Counted from the first letter of the whole stretch, positions 23,631 to 36,026 are shown. The stretch is DNA of 63,967 nt, filler included, from Pirum gemmata (GCA_002812295.1; 24 parts of 24 records of this genome joined end to end with filler, not necessarily neighbours in it), one strand, 5' to 3'. A program made the numbers and translations. Notes: generated by a model from the sequence alone, not told the origin.

Positions 23631-24733
23631 TACATATATAAGATAATATTGTATAGCTACTATTATTAAAATAGCCATAATAATACCGCTATCATAATTA
23701 GTATTAAAATACTTACAACATTTTTTAGACTAGTTCTTTTATTTTTTAACAACAAAGACTCCATGAAAATTTCTTTTTCTTGGGGTTTTTGTTTAAAACA
23801 CCCATGTCGGATAAAATTTGCAAATCCGCCATGTATATGAGCCCCAAATCTGATCTTAATTAAAATCTCCAATTTCAATAAAAGTACTATCAAAATTTCA
23901 GAATTCGTCTAACTAAGAATGTGATTGTTTTTCTAGTTTATCAAGATTATAATGTTTTTTAATTACCACCACTATCTTGTGAATTGCTTTTTCGAACATA
24001 ATTATAACCTATTGTCATGTCAAAAACTATCGATAGAAACAACAAGTCTGTGATAACTGTACATAGAAAGAAGGGCACCGAAATATCAATAAAACCAAAA
24101 AATAAAAAAAAAGATTTCTGTGACGATCACGTGACTACATCTCTTGGCTACTATGTGGTGATAGAAAATTGAGTTTGTCATTATGTGACATTATCGAGCT
24201 ATTATCGTCTATTTCATTACAGTTGTTATTAACGTTCCTCTTAATTAATCTTTAATTTGGTCCATACTAAAAAAAAAGCATCAAAGCTGATCATTAATAG
24301 AAATATTAAGGTTAGGTTAATTAAAAACCATATATTCCAGATGTATATTCAATATATTCAATTTATTTTAAAATAACTAATTTTATAGACAATAGTTATA
24401 ATATTATAATAAAGCTACGGGCAGTGAAAGAAAGTTCTGAAATATTATGGATTCATATATTATAATAATATAAATATGTTGAGGTCACGGTATCAGAGGA
24501 TTAAGTACTGTGGCGGTTTCATAACTCAAACTTTTTTGGAAGGATAGTTAGAAAGTTTATATTATTATATTAATTAAGAAAATCTTAGAACACCATAACT
24601 AGAGAATTGTAACAAGATTAAATCGGTAACTGGTAGTGCGAGATTGAGAGAAGAAACAACACTAAATAACTTTGATACTCCCTGATCATTACATTAATTA
24701 CTTATTATTATTATTATTAATTAATNNNNNNNN

Positions 24734-25341
24734 AAGAGTACCAAATTAATACAATATAAATCCATTTTATTTAATTTGGTTTATTTTATCATCTATTTAT
24801 TCCTTTAAAAATGTCAATTTAAAGGTTATATAAACCACCAAATAAATATGCATAACTATTCAGAGTGACAAAATAAATGAAAAGAACAATAATTAATATT
24901 ATAATATTAATAAATTTTAGACCATTCACAAATACTGGTACTATTATTAATTTTCACTTCAGTTACTCTGTCATACTAAAATAGACAATAAATCTTAATT
25001 AAGAGTACCAAATTAATACAATATAAATCCATTTTATTTAATTTGGTTTATTTTATCATCTATTTATTCCTTTAAACATGTCAATTTAAAGGTTATATAA
25101 ACCACCAAATAAATATGCATAACTATTCAGAGTGATAAAATAAATGAAAAGAACATTAATTTTAATTAATATTATAATATTAATAAATTTTAGACCATTC
25201 ATAAATACTGGTACTATTATTAATTTTCACTTCAGTTACTTTGTCATACAATACAATATAAATCCTTCAATTTAAAGGTTATAAACCATCAAATAAATAT
25301 GCATAACTATTCAGAGTGACAAAATAAATGAAAAGCACAAT
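24734..25341 (+). repeat. Tandem triplication of a family A derivative (period ~267 bp, third unit shortened)
   Basis: All three units share the private insertion TATGCATAACTA. Confidence 0.9.
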
Positions 25342-27224
25342 AGTATTAGTATTAGTATTAGTATTGATATTGGTATTAGCATTGGTATTCGTATTAGTAT
25401 TAGTATTATAAATTAGTAATAGTAATGGTATTGGTATTGGTATTAGTATTAGTATATTATATTAATATTAATGTTATTGTTAGTATGCGTACGTATACGT
25501 ATTAGTATTAATTAGTGTTGGTATTAGTATTAGTTATAATAATATTATTAATATTAATATTAATAAAATATAAAAATATTATTAGCTATAGCTATATATA
25601 ATATAATGTTAGTGTTATTATTGTATTAGTATTGGTATTAGTATTCGTATCAATATTGGTATTAGCATTAGCATTAGCACTAATATTAGTATCAATATTA
25701 TAATTAGTACTAGTATTAGCATTATAATTAGTATTAGCCTTATCGTAGTATTAATCAGTATACGTATTAATAAATAATAAGTATTAGCATTAGTATTAGT
25801 ATTAGAGTACTAGTGTATTATTAGTATTAGTAATTATTAATATTAGTATAAAGTATTATTATTATTGTTATTATTATAAGTATTAGTATTAATAGGCACT
25901 TTATTCAATATTATATAATAGTATATAATTATGTATATCAGTATTTATATTATAATTTGTAGTAGTATTGTGATTAGGGTTAACAGTACGAGTGTATTTA
26001 ATTTTTGCAAGTTTAGCTTCCGTATATTATATACGGAACCAGATTTGAGTCTTTCGGAACTATTTATATAATATACGATTAATGTGCCTTGCTGGAGAAT
26101 CTAGTACTGTTCATATCATCATTATGCCATCAATTTGAATATATAATTATTATTATGATATTAATAACTAGAACTATATGAACCCATGTTCGGCGACCCG
26201 GCTCCCTCTAGACTTTCTTTAAACGCTTACATCTCCATACTTCTCCATTGCTGTTGCTGCTATGAAGATGATGATGATTATAAATATAGAGATTAAGTCA
26301 TATACTATACTAGTCTATACTGTACTATATATATGTTGTAGGTTTGTTTGTAATTTTGCTGAAATGTAAGTTGAGCTTACTACTCTATAATAAAGTTGTC
26401 ATATTTAATAATCATCTTCATAGTAACAACAACAATTGAGATATTTTGAGCGTTTAAAGAAAGTCTATGCACCCGGATCACCACCCATACATGGGTTCAT
26501 AGTATATAATGATAAATATTACCGTTGCAGTCCGTTGCGTAATAATAACGTGATTCTGAAGGCCTTTACTCTTCTGTGTCCTTTGCCCAGATTATATTAC
26601 TGTCTACGTGAGAACCATAATATGCTCAATTATAATCAAAGCTTACTGTTTTTATTGTTTTAAAGTTGGAGTGTTTGTTATTGTAATAATTAACTAATGT
26701 GATTGTTGTTGGCATTATTATTACTGCTTTTAAATTTATCTTTATTATTGTTGTTATTGTTGCTATTGATTATTGATTTTACTGTTATTGATTTGTTGTT
26801 ATTACTGTTGTCAATACGGCTAACTTTGTTTTTGTTAACGTTTGCGTTCTTCTTGTTGTTCTTGATGCTCTTGTTGTTCTTGTTGAAATTATTGTTCATT
26901 ATTGTGACATTCTTAGGTTGTTGTTATTCTTGTTATTCTTAATATGTGTTGTTAATGTTGGTATTGATGTTATTAATATTGTTAACATTTTTTATTGTTA
27001 TGTTATTAATATTAATATTATTATTATATTGTTTATTGTTTATAATTATATTGTTTACTATTCATCGATTATCGATTATTGTTTATTGTTTATTGTTTAT
27101 TGTTTATTGTTTATTGTTTATTGTNNNNNNNNNNNNNNNNNNNNNNNNNNNNNNNNNNNNNNNNNNNNTTAATTAATTAANNNNNNNNNNNNNNNNNNNN
27201 NNNNNNNNNNNNNNNNNNNNNNNN

Positions 27225-27255
<31 letters not shown>

Positions 27256-27298
27256 CCATGATAATAATAATAATTGCTTTCTAATACAGATACGTACG

Positions 27299-27652
27299 CG
27301 CAAGAAAAAAAACTTTCTGATTATATTTCTTACTTACTGTATGATCGAGGAAAATCGGAATGAAAAATTGAATTTTGTTGGGATTTACTTCTCGAAACTC
27401 GTTTTTTCGAGCCCTTCTTGAGATTGGATTTAAAAGCCATGTGTTTTTATGTTAAGGGGTGTAGGTATTCGTCCCCCTGCGGCATTTCTTATCATACCGG
27501 ATCTATAAAACACTTGGATCTTAAATCTAATCTCAAGAAGGGCTCGAAAAAACGAGTTCGAGAAGTAATTTCCAACAAAATTCGATTTTTTATTCCGATT
27601 TTCCTCAATCATGCAGTAAATAAGAAATAAAATCAGAAAGTTTTTAATTGCG
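27299..27652. mobile_element. Long inverted repeat / foldback element (~150-bp arms, ~55-nt spacer)
   Basis: 27299-27450 is the reverse complement of 27505-27652 (e.g. CTCGTTTTTTCGAGCCCTTCTTGAGATT versus AATCTCAAGAAGGGCTCGAAAAAACGAG). Confidence 0.9.
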
Positions 27653-28140
27653 GGATTTTTTATCATACTGGATCTTATTTGACTACCATGCTTGACAACA
27701 TTTTCTTGACTAGCTCTAATAGTGGCATGTTTTAACAACAACCTATTAATTAGTTTGACCAAGAAGCTTACACCTACAATAAAATATTGTTATTGTTATT
27801 TTTATTTTTTATTTCTAAATGGTTTTCTTATTGATAGTTGTTTTCTTTATTGAGAACACAAGATTTGAAATTTAATTTTTTTAAAAAAAACATTTCAGGA
27901 TTTCTTATCATACTTGGTCTTATTAGACTACCATGCTCGACAGCGTGTTGTTGAACTAAAATTACGTGATGATGTTGTTGACTAGTTCTCTAGTAGTGGC
28001 ATGTTTCAACAACAACCTAGTAACTAATTTGGCCGAGTAGCTTACACCTACAATTAATTTTATTATTATTATTTTTTTGTTTTTTTATTATGATAAATCG
28101 TTTTCTTATTAGTTGTTTTCTTTATTGAGAAAGTAGATGT
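27652..28140 (+). repeat. ~245-bp tandem duplication
   Basis: GGATTTT(T/C)TTATCATACT..GACTACCATGCT...GCTTACACCTACAAT at 27652 and 27898. Confidence 0.85.
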
Positions 28141-28335
28141 TCAGATTCAAAGGGTTCACGAATCTGACCTAGTGACGTTTTCACCTGCCTTCCCTCCGTT
28201 AAACTGACTACGATAACCGAAAGGGTTTATATATATAGATGAAGTTTTTAGCGAGACTTAAAAACTTGAAAATGTTAACTTTTGGAGCCCTTACCCCAAC
28301 CCTGACCCTTACCCCAACCCTGACCCTTACCCTAA

Positions 28336-28598
28336 CAGGAGGGGTGACACCTATAAGAGTCCTATAAGTAAATGACCCCTTAAATTGGCACTAATTCCGC
28401 AACCCATAGCCATTTACGACTTCCCAGTTAAGTAAATTGAAAACCATAAATAGTAAACTAATTTTCCTTTTTTGGAACAGACTTAGTATAGTAACTTAAG
28501 TTACTTTAAATAATTTATTTTTTACTATAAACAGTAAGTCGCAGTCGCAGCGGAAAATGAAAAATTCAGAGTCATATTGGAGGGGTGTCACCCTTCCT
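28336..28598. mobile_element. Family I-related MITE (TIR AGGA(G/A)GGGTGACACC)
   Basis: CAGGAGGGGTGACACC ... GGTGTCACCCTTCCT; solo end at ~36886-36900. Confidence 0.55.
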
Positions 28599-28856
28599 CC
28601 CTAAATAATTCAGCTTATAGTAGTCGAGACTATAGTTGTAATTCGTTTGATTTTTTTCATAATATTTTGGTATAAGTTAAAATGTTTTGATTGTCGTTGG
28701 GTTTTGATTTGTGTACAGTGTATTTTTCATACAAATTTTCATTCTAGTCTAGAGTGTATTGTAGAGCTATGGCCTACTATCTGACTTACAATAATACGAG
28801 CTAAGAATCTTATGATAGTAATAATAAAATAAAAGTTATAGAACCTGAAAGAACTA

Positions 28857-29129
28857 CCAGTAAAAAATCTGATGATGGAAAAATCTGAAGATGGAATTGA
28901 ATCTAGAAGGTATTTTTTGTCAACTAGGACATCTAGATTGGTATTTTTAGACTTTAAAACCATCGTTTGAATCGATATTTTTTTTGATCCTTTATTTTGC
29001 TATATAAAAAAAAAAAAGTGTATCCAGATGTCGATTAAAGAGTTTAAAATACCAATCTAGATGTCTTAGTTGACAAAATACCCTTCTAGATTCATGTTCA
29101 GATTTTTCCATCTTCAGATTTTTTACTGG
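28857..29129. mobile_element. Foldback element (~100-120-bp arms, TA flanks)
   Basis: TA|CCAGTAAAAAATCTGA...TCAACTAGGACATCTAGATTGGTATTTT pairs with AAAATACCAATCTAGATGTCTTAGTTGA...TCAGATTTTTTACTGG|TA. Confidence 0.88.
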
Positions 29130-29709
29130 TATTAAAATTAAAAGTAAAAAAATGTTACCTAGTACCTTTGCAGAAGCTAGGAAACCGGTTGAAAAATTTA
29201 CCATGGTTTTAAATTAAAGTTGCAATTTGTTGATTTATTTCACAATACTTTGGTATAAGTTAATAATATAATTGTCACTTGGTTTTAACTTGTTGTACTT
29301 TTCATAATGACACTATAATATCTCATAATATATAGTCTATGATAAGAAATTGTATTGTTCTTTTGTTGTAGAAATATTGGTTTTTAAACTTTGTTCCTAG
29401 TATTATTTAGCTATATTCTGATTTATATGTAATATTTTTTGGATGTTGGTTAGCCATTCTAGCCTAGTCTTAAAAAGGTTTGTCTATGTTCAAAGATTTT
29501 TTGGTTTGACTTCTGGTGGAAATTCTTTGGAACAAATAACAAATAACAAATAACAAATAACAAATAACAAATAACAAACAATAAATAATAAATAATAAAT
29601 AACAAATAANNNNNNNNNNNNNNNNNNNNNNNNNNNNNNNNNNNNNNNNNNNNTTAATTAATTAANNNNNNNNNNNNNNNNNNNNNNNNNNNNNNNNNNN
29701 NNNNNNNNN

Positions 29710-30563
29710 AACACTTCATAATAGAACTTGTGAAACTTGTGGTTACTACTCTACTTCAATAGTGAATAAGGCTAAACATAAAGCTGCATGTCATAGAATT
29801 AGTGAAAATGTAAGTACTGATGAGGTATTGTCTATAATTAACGAAACCGTAAAAGAAACACTTCTAGACTATTTCCATGATTTTGACCCTAGCTTTACAA
29901 GTGCAACTAAACTTGTGACTATAAGAGAACGCAACCACAGAGATAATAGAGAAGTTTATTGTACTTATGGTATGGCGTCTGCTTGGGTTCCTTTTCTGTT
30001 GGTGCCAGAGAAATCGATGTACGATATGAGGAAAGCAATTAAAGAAAGAAGAAAGCAAAGAAAAGCCGATAGACTGAATAATGAAGCAGCAAAGGGTACT
30101 GCTGGATATGAATCTATTCCTAATTTCGTTAACATTAACACTCTTGAAAACTTCTGGACGTTGAATATGGACGTGCCACAGGATCATTGGAGACCTTGGG
30201 AATAACTTATTGATTCGAGTTGTTCATTATTTATTGTAAAATATAAAGCAAATGATATTGTATATATAAAAGGTATTTTGATAAAAGAATACGATTGTGG
30301 ATAACGTTTTTAATATGACATATTGTTAAAAATACTAAAAGAAGTTCAATAAAGCTAAAATAAACTTACGTATGAATTTTTTGTTCTTTTACTTGGTTTT
30401 TTTCGTTTTTTTGAGCATTTAGGTAATTTAGGGTACTATTTTTTCCAAATCGTTACGTCATAAGGGGTAGGTAGTCCTTCTCAAACGTTACAAGGCCGTT
30501 ACGCGGGGGTAGTAGGGTAGGTTTTTGTCCCAAATCGGCGTTACGTAATTATTGAACGCTCCC
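29710..30563 (+). mobile_element. 3' end of a putative autonomous partner of MITE family B
   Basis: TIR CGTTACGTAATTATTGAACGCTCCC at 30539-30563, with AAGGGGTAGGTAG subterminal motifs like family B. Confidence 0.65.
29711..30205 (+). CDS. 5'-truncated ORF with C2H2 zinc finger; probable DNA transposase C-terminus (Zator-like)
   Basis: Frame is open from the contig edge: TLHNRTCETCGYYSTSIVNKAKHKAACH (C-x2-C-x12-H-x4-H) ... ending WRPWE*. A family-B-type TIR lies ~330 bp downstream. Confidence 0.6.
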   Translation, partial: TLHNRTCETCGYYSTSIVNKAKHKAACHRISENVSTDEVLSIINETVKETLLDYFHDFDPSFTSATKLVTIRERNHRDNREVYCTYGMASAWVPFLLVPEKSMYDMRKAIKERRKQRKADRLNNEAAKGTAGYESIPNFVNINTLENFWTLNMDVPQDHWRPWE

Positions 30564-31429
30564 CAACCAAAGCACGTAGTTTCTTACATTTAGAGAGGAA
30601 AAAAGGCTAAAAAAGGGAAAATAGACAAAAAAGCAAAATATGCAAATTATAGAAACAAACATGATTCGAAATCCTAAAAATTCATTCGATCATTGTGCAA
30701 TTAGTCGAGTTAAAACGGCGTGATAATCGAAATTCCAATAATTAGTTAGATCAGAACTTTCGAGCTCTCAATATAACCCTCCATTGGCTAAAAGAAGTAT
30801 TTATAAAAGAAAATTGATAATTTTTTTTTTAGATCGTCAAAAAATATGAAAATCGAGCTTATACGAAAACTCGAAATGGGCTATAAACTAAAAAAATTTA
30901 ATAAAATAATATGATATTTTCGGGGATAAATTCACTCTAAATCCAACCAAAAAAAACATTAGGGTGTCATTTTATACTCATTTTATGGGAAGCCCGGGCC
31001 AAACCCTGCATTTTAGTAATTACCCATGGAAAAGCTAAAAGGGTACAAAAGCAACCTTACACAGTCAACTATGATATGATACTAAAAAAAAAAAAATCGA
31101 GGTTTTAGTGGTGTTTTAGTCTATGCATATATGTGTATGCAGTGCTATGCACTAGTTATGTACTCATGATAGCTCTAGCTAGAGACCTACTAGCTAGCTA
31201 GCTAGCTACCTACTACTAGAGCTAGTGTAGTCAGTAGTAGTACACTCTAGCTAATATTTGTCATTTATCAGTCATTTATCTTTATCTCTATGGATTTATT
31301 TATTATATAGGCAATTAGGCATCATGAATGAAACAACCAAAATAACAGACAAGAGATACTCTGGCAGAGTAACAAATCACGTATATAAAAAAAAAAAAAT
31401 TATTATTTATTTATATTTAAATTTTGTCA

Positions 31430-31695
31430 TTATTATTGCTTATTATTATAAATTGTTGTATGTGGTAAGTTATAATAACCGTCATTATTATTATCACTGT
31501 TATCATTATCGTTGTTTATTATTGTTGTATGTGGTAAGCTATAATATCGTCTTTATTATTTCTGTTATCTTATCATTGTTTATTGTTGTTGTATGTGGTA
31601 GGTAAGCTATAATAACCGTCATTATTAACACTGTTATCATTATCATTTTTTATTATTGTTGTATGTGGTTAGTTATAATAGGCACCACTATTATT
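31430..31695 (+). repeat. ~65-70-bp tandem repeat, 4 copies
   Basis: TTGTTGTATGTGGTAAG(T/C)TATAATA repeated near 31453, 31522, 31585 and 31656. Confidence 0.8.
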
Positions 31696-31808
31696 ACTTT
31701 TCAAGTTTCTTTTACTTCTTCTTCTTAACATTGTTCAAGTTAAAAAATACGTAGAATATAATAGTAATAAAAAGTAGACAAAAGTTTAGTCTATCTTCCT
31801 CTGACAAA

Positions 31809-31891
31809 ATGGGTGATGATCAGGGTGATAATAATGTCAATTCTCAGTTAGCCTCTTTAGTAAAAGATACTTCTAAAGTCTCTTTGGAAAG
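31809..31891 (+). CDS. Candidate first coding exon, unknown protein
   Basis: AAAATGG start; MGDDQGDNNVNSQLASLVKDTSKVSLE; AAAG|GTTATA donor. Confidence 0.3.
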
Positions 31892-32832
31892 GTTATAGTT
31901 GTTATCATTTTGATTTGTATGCTTTGTACTTCTACCTGTACCTGTATTTGTATTTATTTTTGTTTTTGTATTTGTATTTGTAAATGTTAAAATTGTAATT
32001 GTAATTGTAATTGTAATTGTAATTGTAATTGNNNNNNNNNNNNNNNNNNNNNNNNNNNNNNNNNNNNNNNNNNNNTTAATTAATTAANNNNNNNNNNNNN
32101 NNNNNNNNNNNNNNNNNNNNNNNNNNNNNNNTTATTATTAATATTATTAATATATTATATATAATATATATAATCACCCCCCTACTATATATATTTATAT
32201 TGCTTGATATTATATGAATTATATGATAAAGCCTACCCCGCGCCCGGAGACTAATCGCACTAACTAATCGCAGCCTTCACAGGTGACCTTCCCCTAATTG
32301 TGTGTAAGTAAAGGAGTCTAATGGTGGGTCCCTAATGGGGTATTTAAAAAAAGTCTAACCCTAACCCTAACCCAAATAATTATAATATCACCAACAACAA
32401 CAATAACAACCTTTTAACCTCTTGAAAGAAACAAGCAATAAATACCCTCTAGCTAGTAGTATCAGATAGCATGATAGAGCAACAATGAATATCAGCTGAT
32501 GACTGCTGATGAATAATACCCCTGGTCGACTAAAGCATAATAATTATATATTTTTTTGATTTTTTTTGAGCTAATAGAAATAGTGATAGAAAAATGTTAC
32601 CTTATTTAGAGTCCATATCTGAATCCGATTTAGCCAATACAGGTAATAGTCTACTAGTCTCCAATATTCTGGTCTCCAATATTCTCCAATGATTGAATCT
32701 CCAACACTCTCTAGCTAGCTAGTAGAGTTTCCAGAAAGGGAACAAACCAGGCAAAAAAACATAAAAAAACATGAAGAAACAGAAAAAACAGGATACGTAC
32801 TTTAGGCTACCTAACCCTAACCCTAACCCGAC

Positions 32833-33761
32833 TTCTTCCCACACAGATTATTTTTATGCTTTTTCCTGAAGAAAAAAAGAGCCTCTTCATAATCGTCTGC
32901 ATCATTGTCGACTAAAAAGAATTCTCTATATTGGTCTTTCTCTCTCAATAAATCATCCACGGTAATACCCACACTATCCAAAGGTAAACATTCTAGAAAG
33001 CGTATGTTACCATCATTAACGAAATTAATATTATTCAACACAAAACTAGGATTAAAAAGACGTAAATATTTTTAAAGATATTCAGTGCGTTGGTACTATG
33101 GGGGGATAAATCAGTTTGCCCAGGAACCTCATCACTAATTACATTTTTTTTTTTTTCATTTAGCAACGCTGAGGTTAGGAATTATTGCCGATTCAATGCC
33201 GAACCCCTACATGACCTCCTGCTAATTTGGTGGCTGTGACCGCAGTATCTTTTATGGTAACCGCTATTTATTGAATTTTTAAAATTATTTTTTTAATCCT
33301 TTATTAAAATCATTTATTATTTATTAAAATTATTTTTATTTATTATTAATTTTTATTATTAACTATTATTTTAATTTATTACTTTAATTAATTAATATTA
33401 TTATCGTTAATTATCTTTATGATAGTGGGGCACCAACCAACTCCAACTCCAACCAAAGTACATGGTTTTTTATCTAGATTAAATTATGACATTAGAGAGC
33501 AAAAAAGGCTTTAGAAAAAAGGGAAGGTAGACTAGAGAAAAAAGCCAAATAATATTATGCAAATTATAGAAATAGCTGTCAAATTAAAATATTTAAGCTC
33601 TTTTTATTAGTGCCAATTTTATCTAATTTTTCTCGGTGGTTTTCTTTGGAAATAGCTTGAATACTAGTATCAACTTACTAGCAAGTGGTTAGGTTACGGT
33701 TAGGGTAATGACAGTTCTTCATTGCTTCCACTGGTGTACATATCTGCTGTGTTCCTGGCCT
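32833..33761 (-). CDS. Unknown protein, two internal exons (33761-33679, 33045-32833)
   Basis: AATAG|...|GTAAGT and CCTAG|...|GTCGGG sites with matching phase 2; RPGTQQICTPVEAMKNCHYPNRNLTTC-Y-FVLNNINFVNDGNIRFLECLPLDSVG... Confidence 0.5.
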
Positions 33762-34598
33762 CTATTAATAATTAAAGCGAATATATATTATGTAGAAAAT
33801 AAAGGTATGGAAGTTAAATCGTGATGATGATGGTGTTAGTGATAGTGATGGCGATGGTGATGGTGATGTGATGGTGGTGATGGTGATGGGACTGTTATGG
33901 TGATGATAATGGTGACGGTGATTGTGATGGTGATGATGATGATGATAGTAATGATGATTGTGTTAGTGTTGGTGTTGGTATTGGTATTAGCATTAGCATT
34001 AACACGAGTATTAAATGTTAGTTTTAATATTAGTGTCAGTATTAATATCAGTATTAGCATTAGCATTAGCATTAGCAATAATATTATTATTAGTATAATA
34101 TTAGTATTAGTATTAGTATCAGTATTTGTTTATTGTTTTTTGCAATTGTTTATTGTTTAATGTTTATTGCTGCGCAACAGTATTAGTAATAGCATTAGCA
34201 TTAGTATTAGTATTTATTTATTGTTTATTGTTTATTGTTTATTATTTATTGTTTATTGTTTATTGTTTATTGCTGATTCCCTATTCCTGTTTGTTACTTG
34301 TTGCCTGTTGCCTATTTCTTGTTGCTTGTTGAACGTTGACTATTCACTGTTTTACTATTGACTATTTTACTGTATATTACTGTATTACTGTTGTTTATTG
34401 ATTGTTGTTCGTTGATTGTTGTTTGTTGTTTGTTGTTTATTGTTTGCTAATTGTTGATTGTCGTTTGCTTGTTGTTTGTTGTTTGTTGTTTGTTGTTTNN
34501 NNNNNNNNNNNNNNNNNNNNNNNNNNNNNNNNNNNNNNNNNNTTAATTAATTAANNNNNNNNNNNNNNNNNNNNNNNNNNNNNNNNNNNNNNNNNNNN

Positions 34599-34629
<31 letters not shown>

Positions 34630-34832
34630 AGACTATAGAGCTAGACTATGTCATATTATGATAATGTGATAGTAGTATCATAGCTAGTTGAGCCTAGCTA
34701 GCTAGCTAACTCCTAGCTAGCTAGCTAACTCCTAGCTAGCTAACTCCTAGCTAGCTACTAACTAGTAGCTAGTCTAGGTAGCAAATTCCCTCGAGCTAGC
34801 TAGCTAGCTAGCTAGTTCCAAGACTGGACCAA

Positions 34833-34990
34833 GAGCGTTCAAACTTCAAATACTATCATGATACATAACGCCATTTTCCAATCAAGTACAGTTTCAAATA
34901 CCACTACTTACCTACCCCTTGACGTTAACTTCCGGTCAAATACCGCGTACGTACCTACCCCTTGACGTGACTTATTATTTGAACGCACCC
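34833..34990 (+). mobile_element. Family B MITE with small insertions in the left TIR
   Basis: GAGCGTTCAAA...TTTGAACGCACCC; a partial copy lies at 35161-35236. Confidence 0.85.
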
Positions 34991-35283
34991 TATAATTCTA
35001 GTAGCATCATACTACTTTCTCTTCTACTAGCTAGCAGTAGTGCTACTCATTGTTATTGGACTGTTATTGGCTAATGTTATTCAGAGTTTTCTTTCTTTAT
35101 TTCAGAAAAGAAAGTGAACAATAATTTTGGGCCAAGAAATCTAAAGAATTCACTTACTTCAGGGTTCAAATACTATGATACGTAACGCCGACTTCCAGTC
35201 AAATACAGCTTCAAATACCCCTACCTATCTCACCCCTACTGTCTACGACTTCCATTCATACTGTTTATAAAAATAATATTATG

Positions 35284-35476
35284 TCGTATTTTTCAATGTT
35301 GTCCAGTTCAAAAACTGAAATAAACGTACCAAATTTTTATTATGGTTAAACTATCAGACATGTTTTAATTAATTTGGTATTTTATACTTAATGTTTTATT
35401 TTATAAACAAGTTCAATTATACAGTTAAATGGTACCGAATTAAAGATTGAGAGGTCAACTGTAATGAAATAGACGA
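35284..35476 (+). mobile_element. MITE family D
   Basis: TCGTATTTTTCAATGTTGTC ... CAACTGTAATGAAATAGACGA; abuts an inverted family A copy. Confidence 0.85.
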
Positions 35477-35483
35477 TTATATA

Positions 35484-35656
35484 TTGTGCTTTTCATTTAT
35501 TTTGTTATTCTGAATATTTATTTGGGTGGTTATAATATTCAAATTGATAGTTTTAAATTAATAATTAGATTATAAAATATACTAAATTAAATAAAATGGA
35601 TTTATTTTGGTACTATATTTATTGTATATTTCTTGATGACAAAACAACAGGCACTA
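35484..35656 (-). mobile_element. Family A MITE, inverted
   Basis: TA|TTGTGCTTTTCATTTATTTTGT end. Confidence 0.85.
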
Positions 35657-36026
35657 CTATCATTTTTAACTACTAATAATAGATGAGCTACAGATGATAA
35701 AAAAATAAAAACCCCTGTCTCACCCTCAACAAACACTTTCATTTTCCTTTTTTCTTATTATTTATAAAAATAACTACTTATTTACTTTCATGTCATAACA
35801 ATCACCATCATAAGAGAAAAAAAAATTGTAAGTAAAGGAGGAATAGCTGTTATAGTTATTTTAATATAATTTTGTTTATCTGTGTCATTTATCATACTTT
35901 TATATCTGATAATAAGACTATTGTACATTGTGCTACTAGCTGGGTACTACTACTAGCTACCCAATCAACTTATAAATTCAAAGACTGTGATATTTATCGA
36001 TATGCTAAAACACTACCTCAAATATA

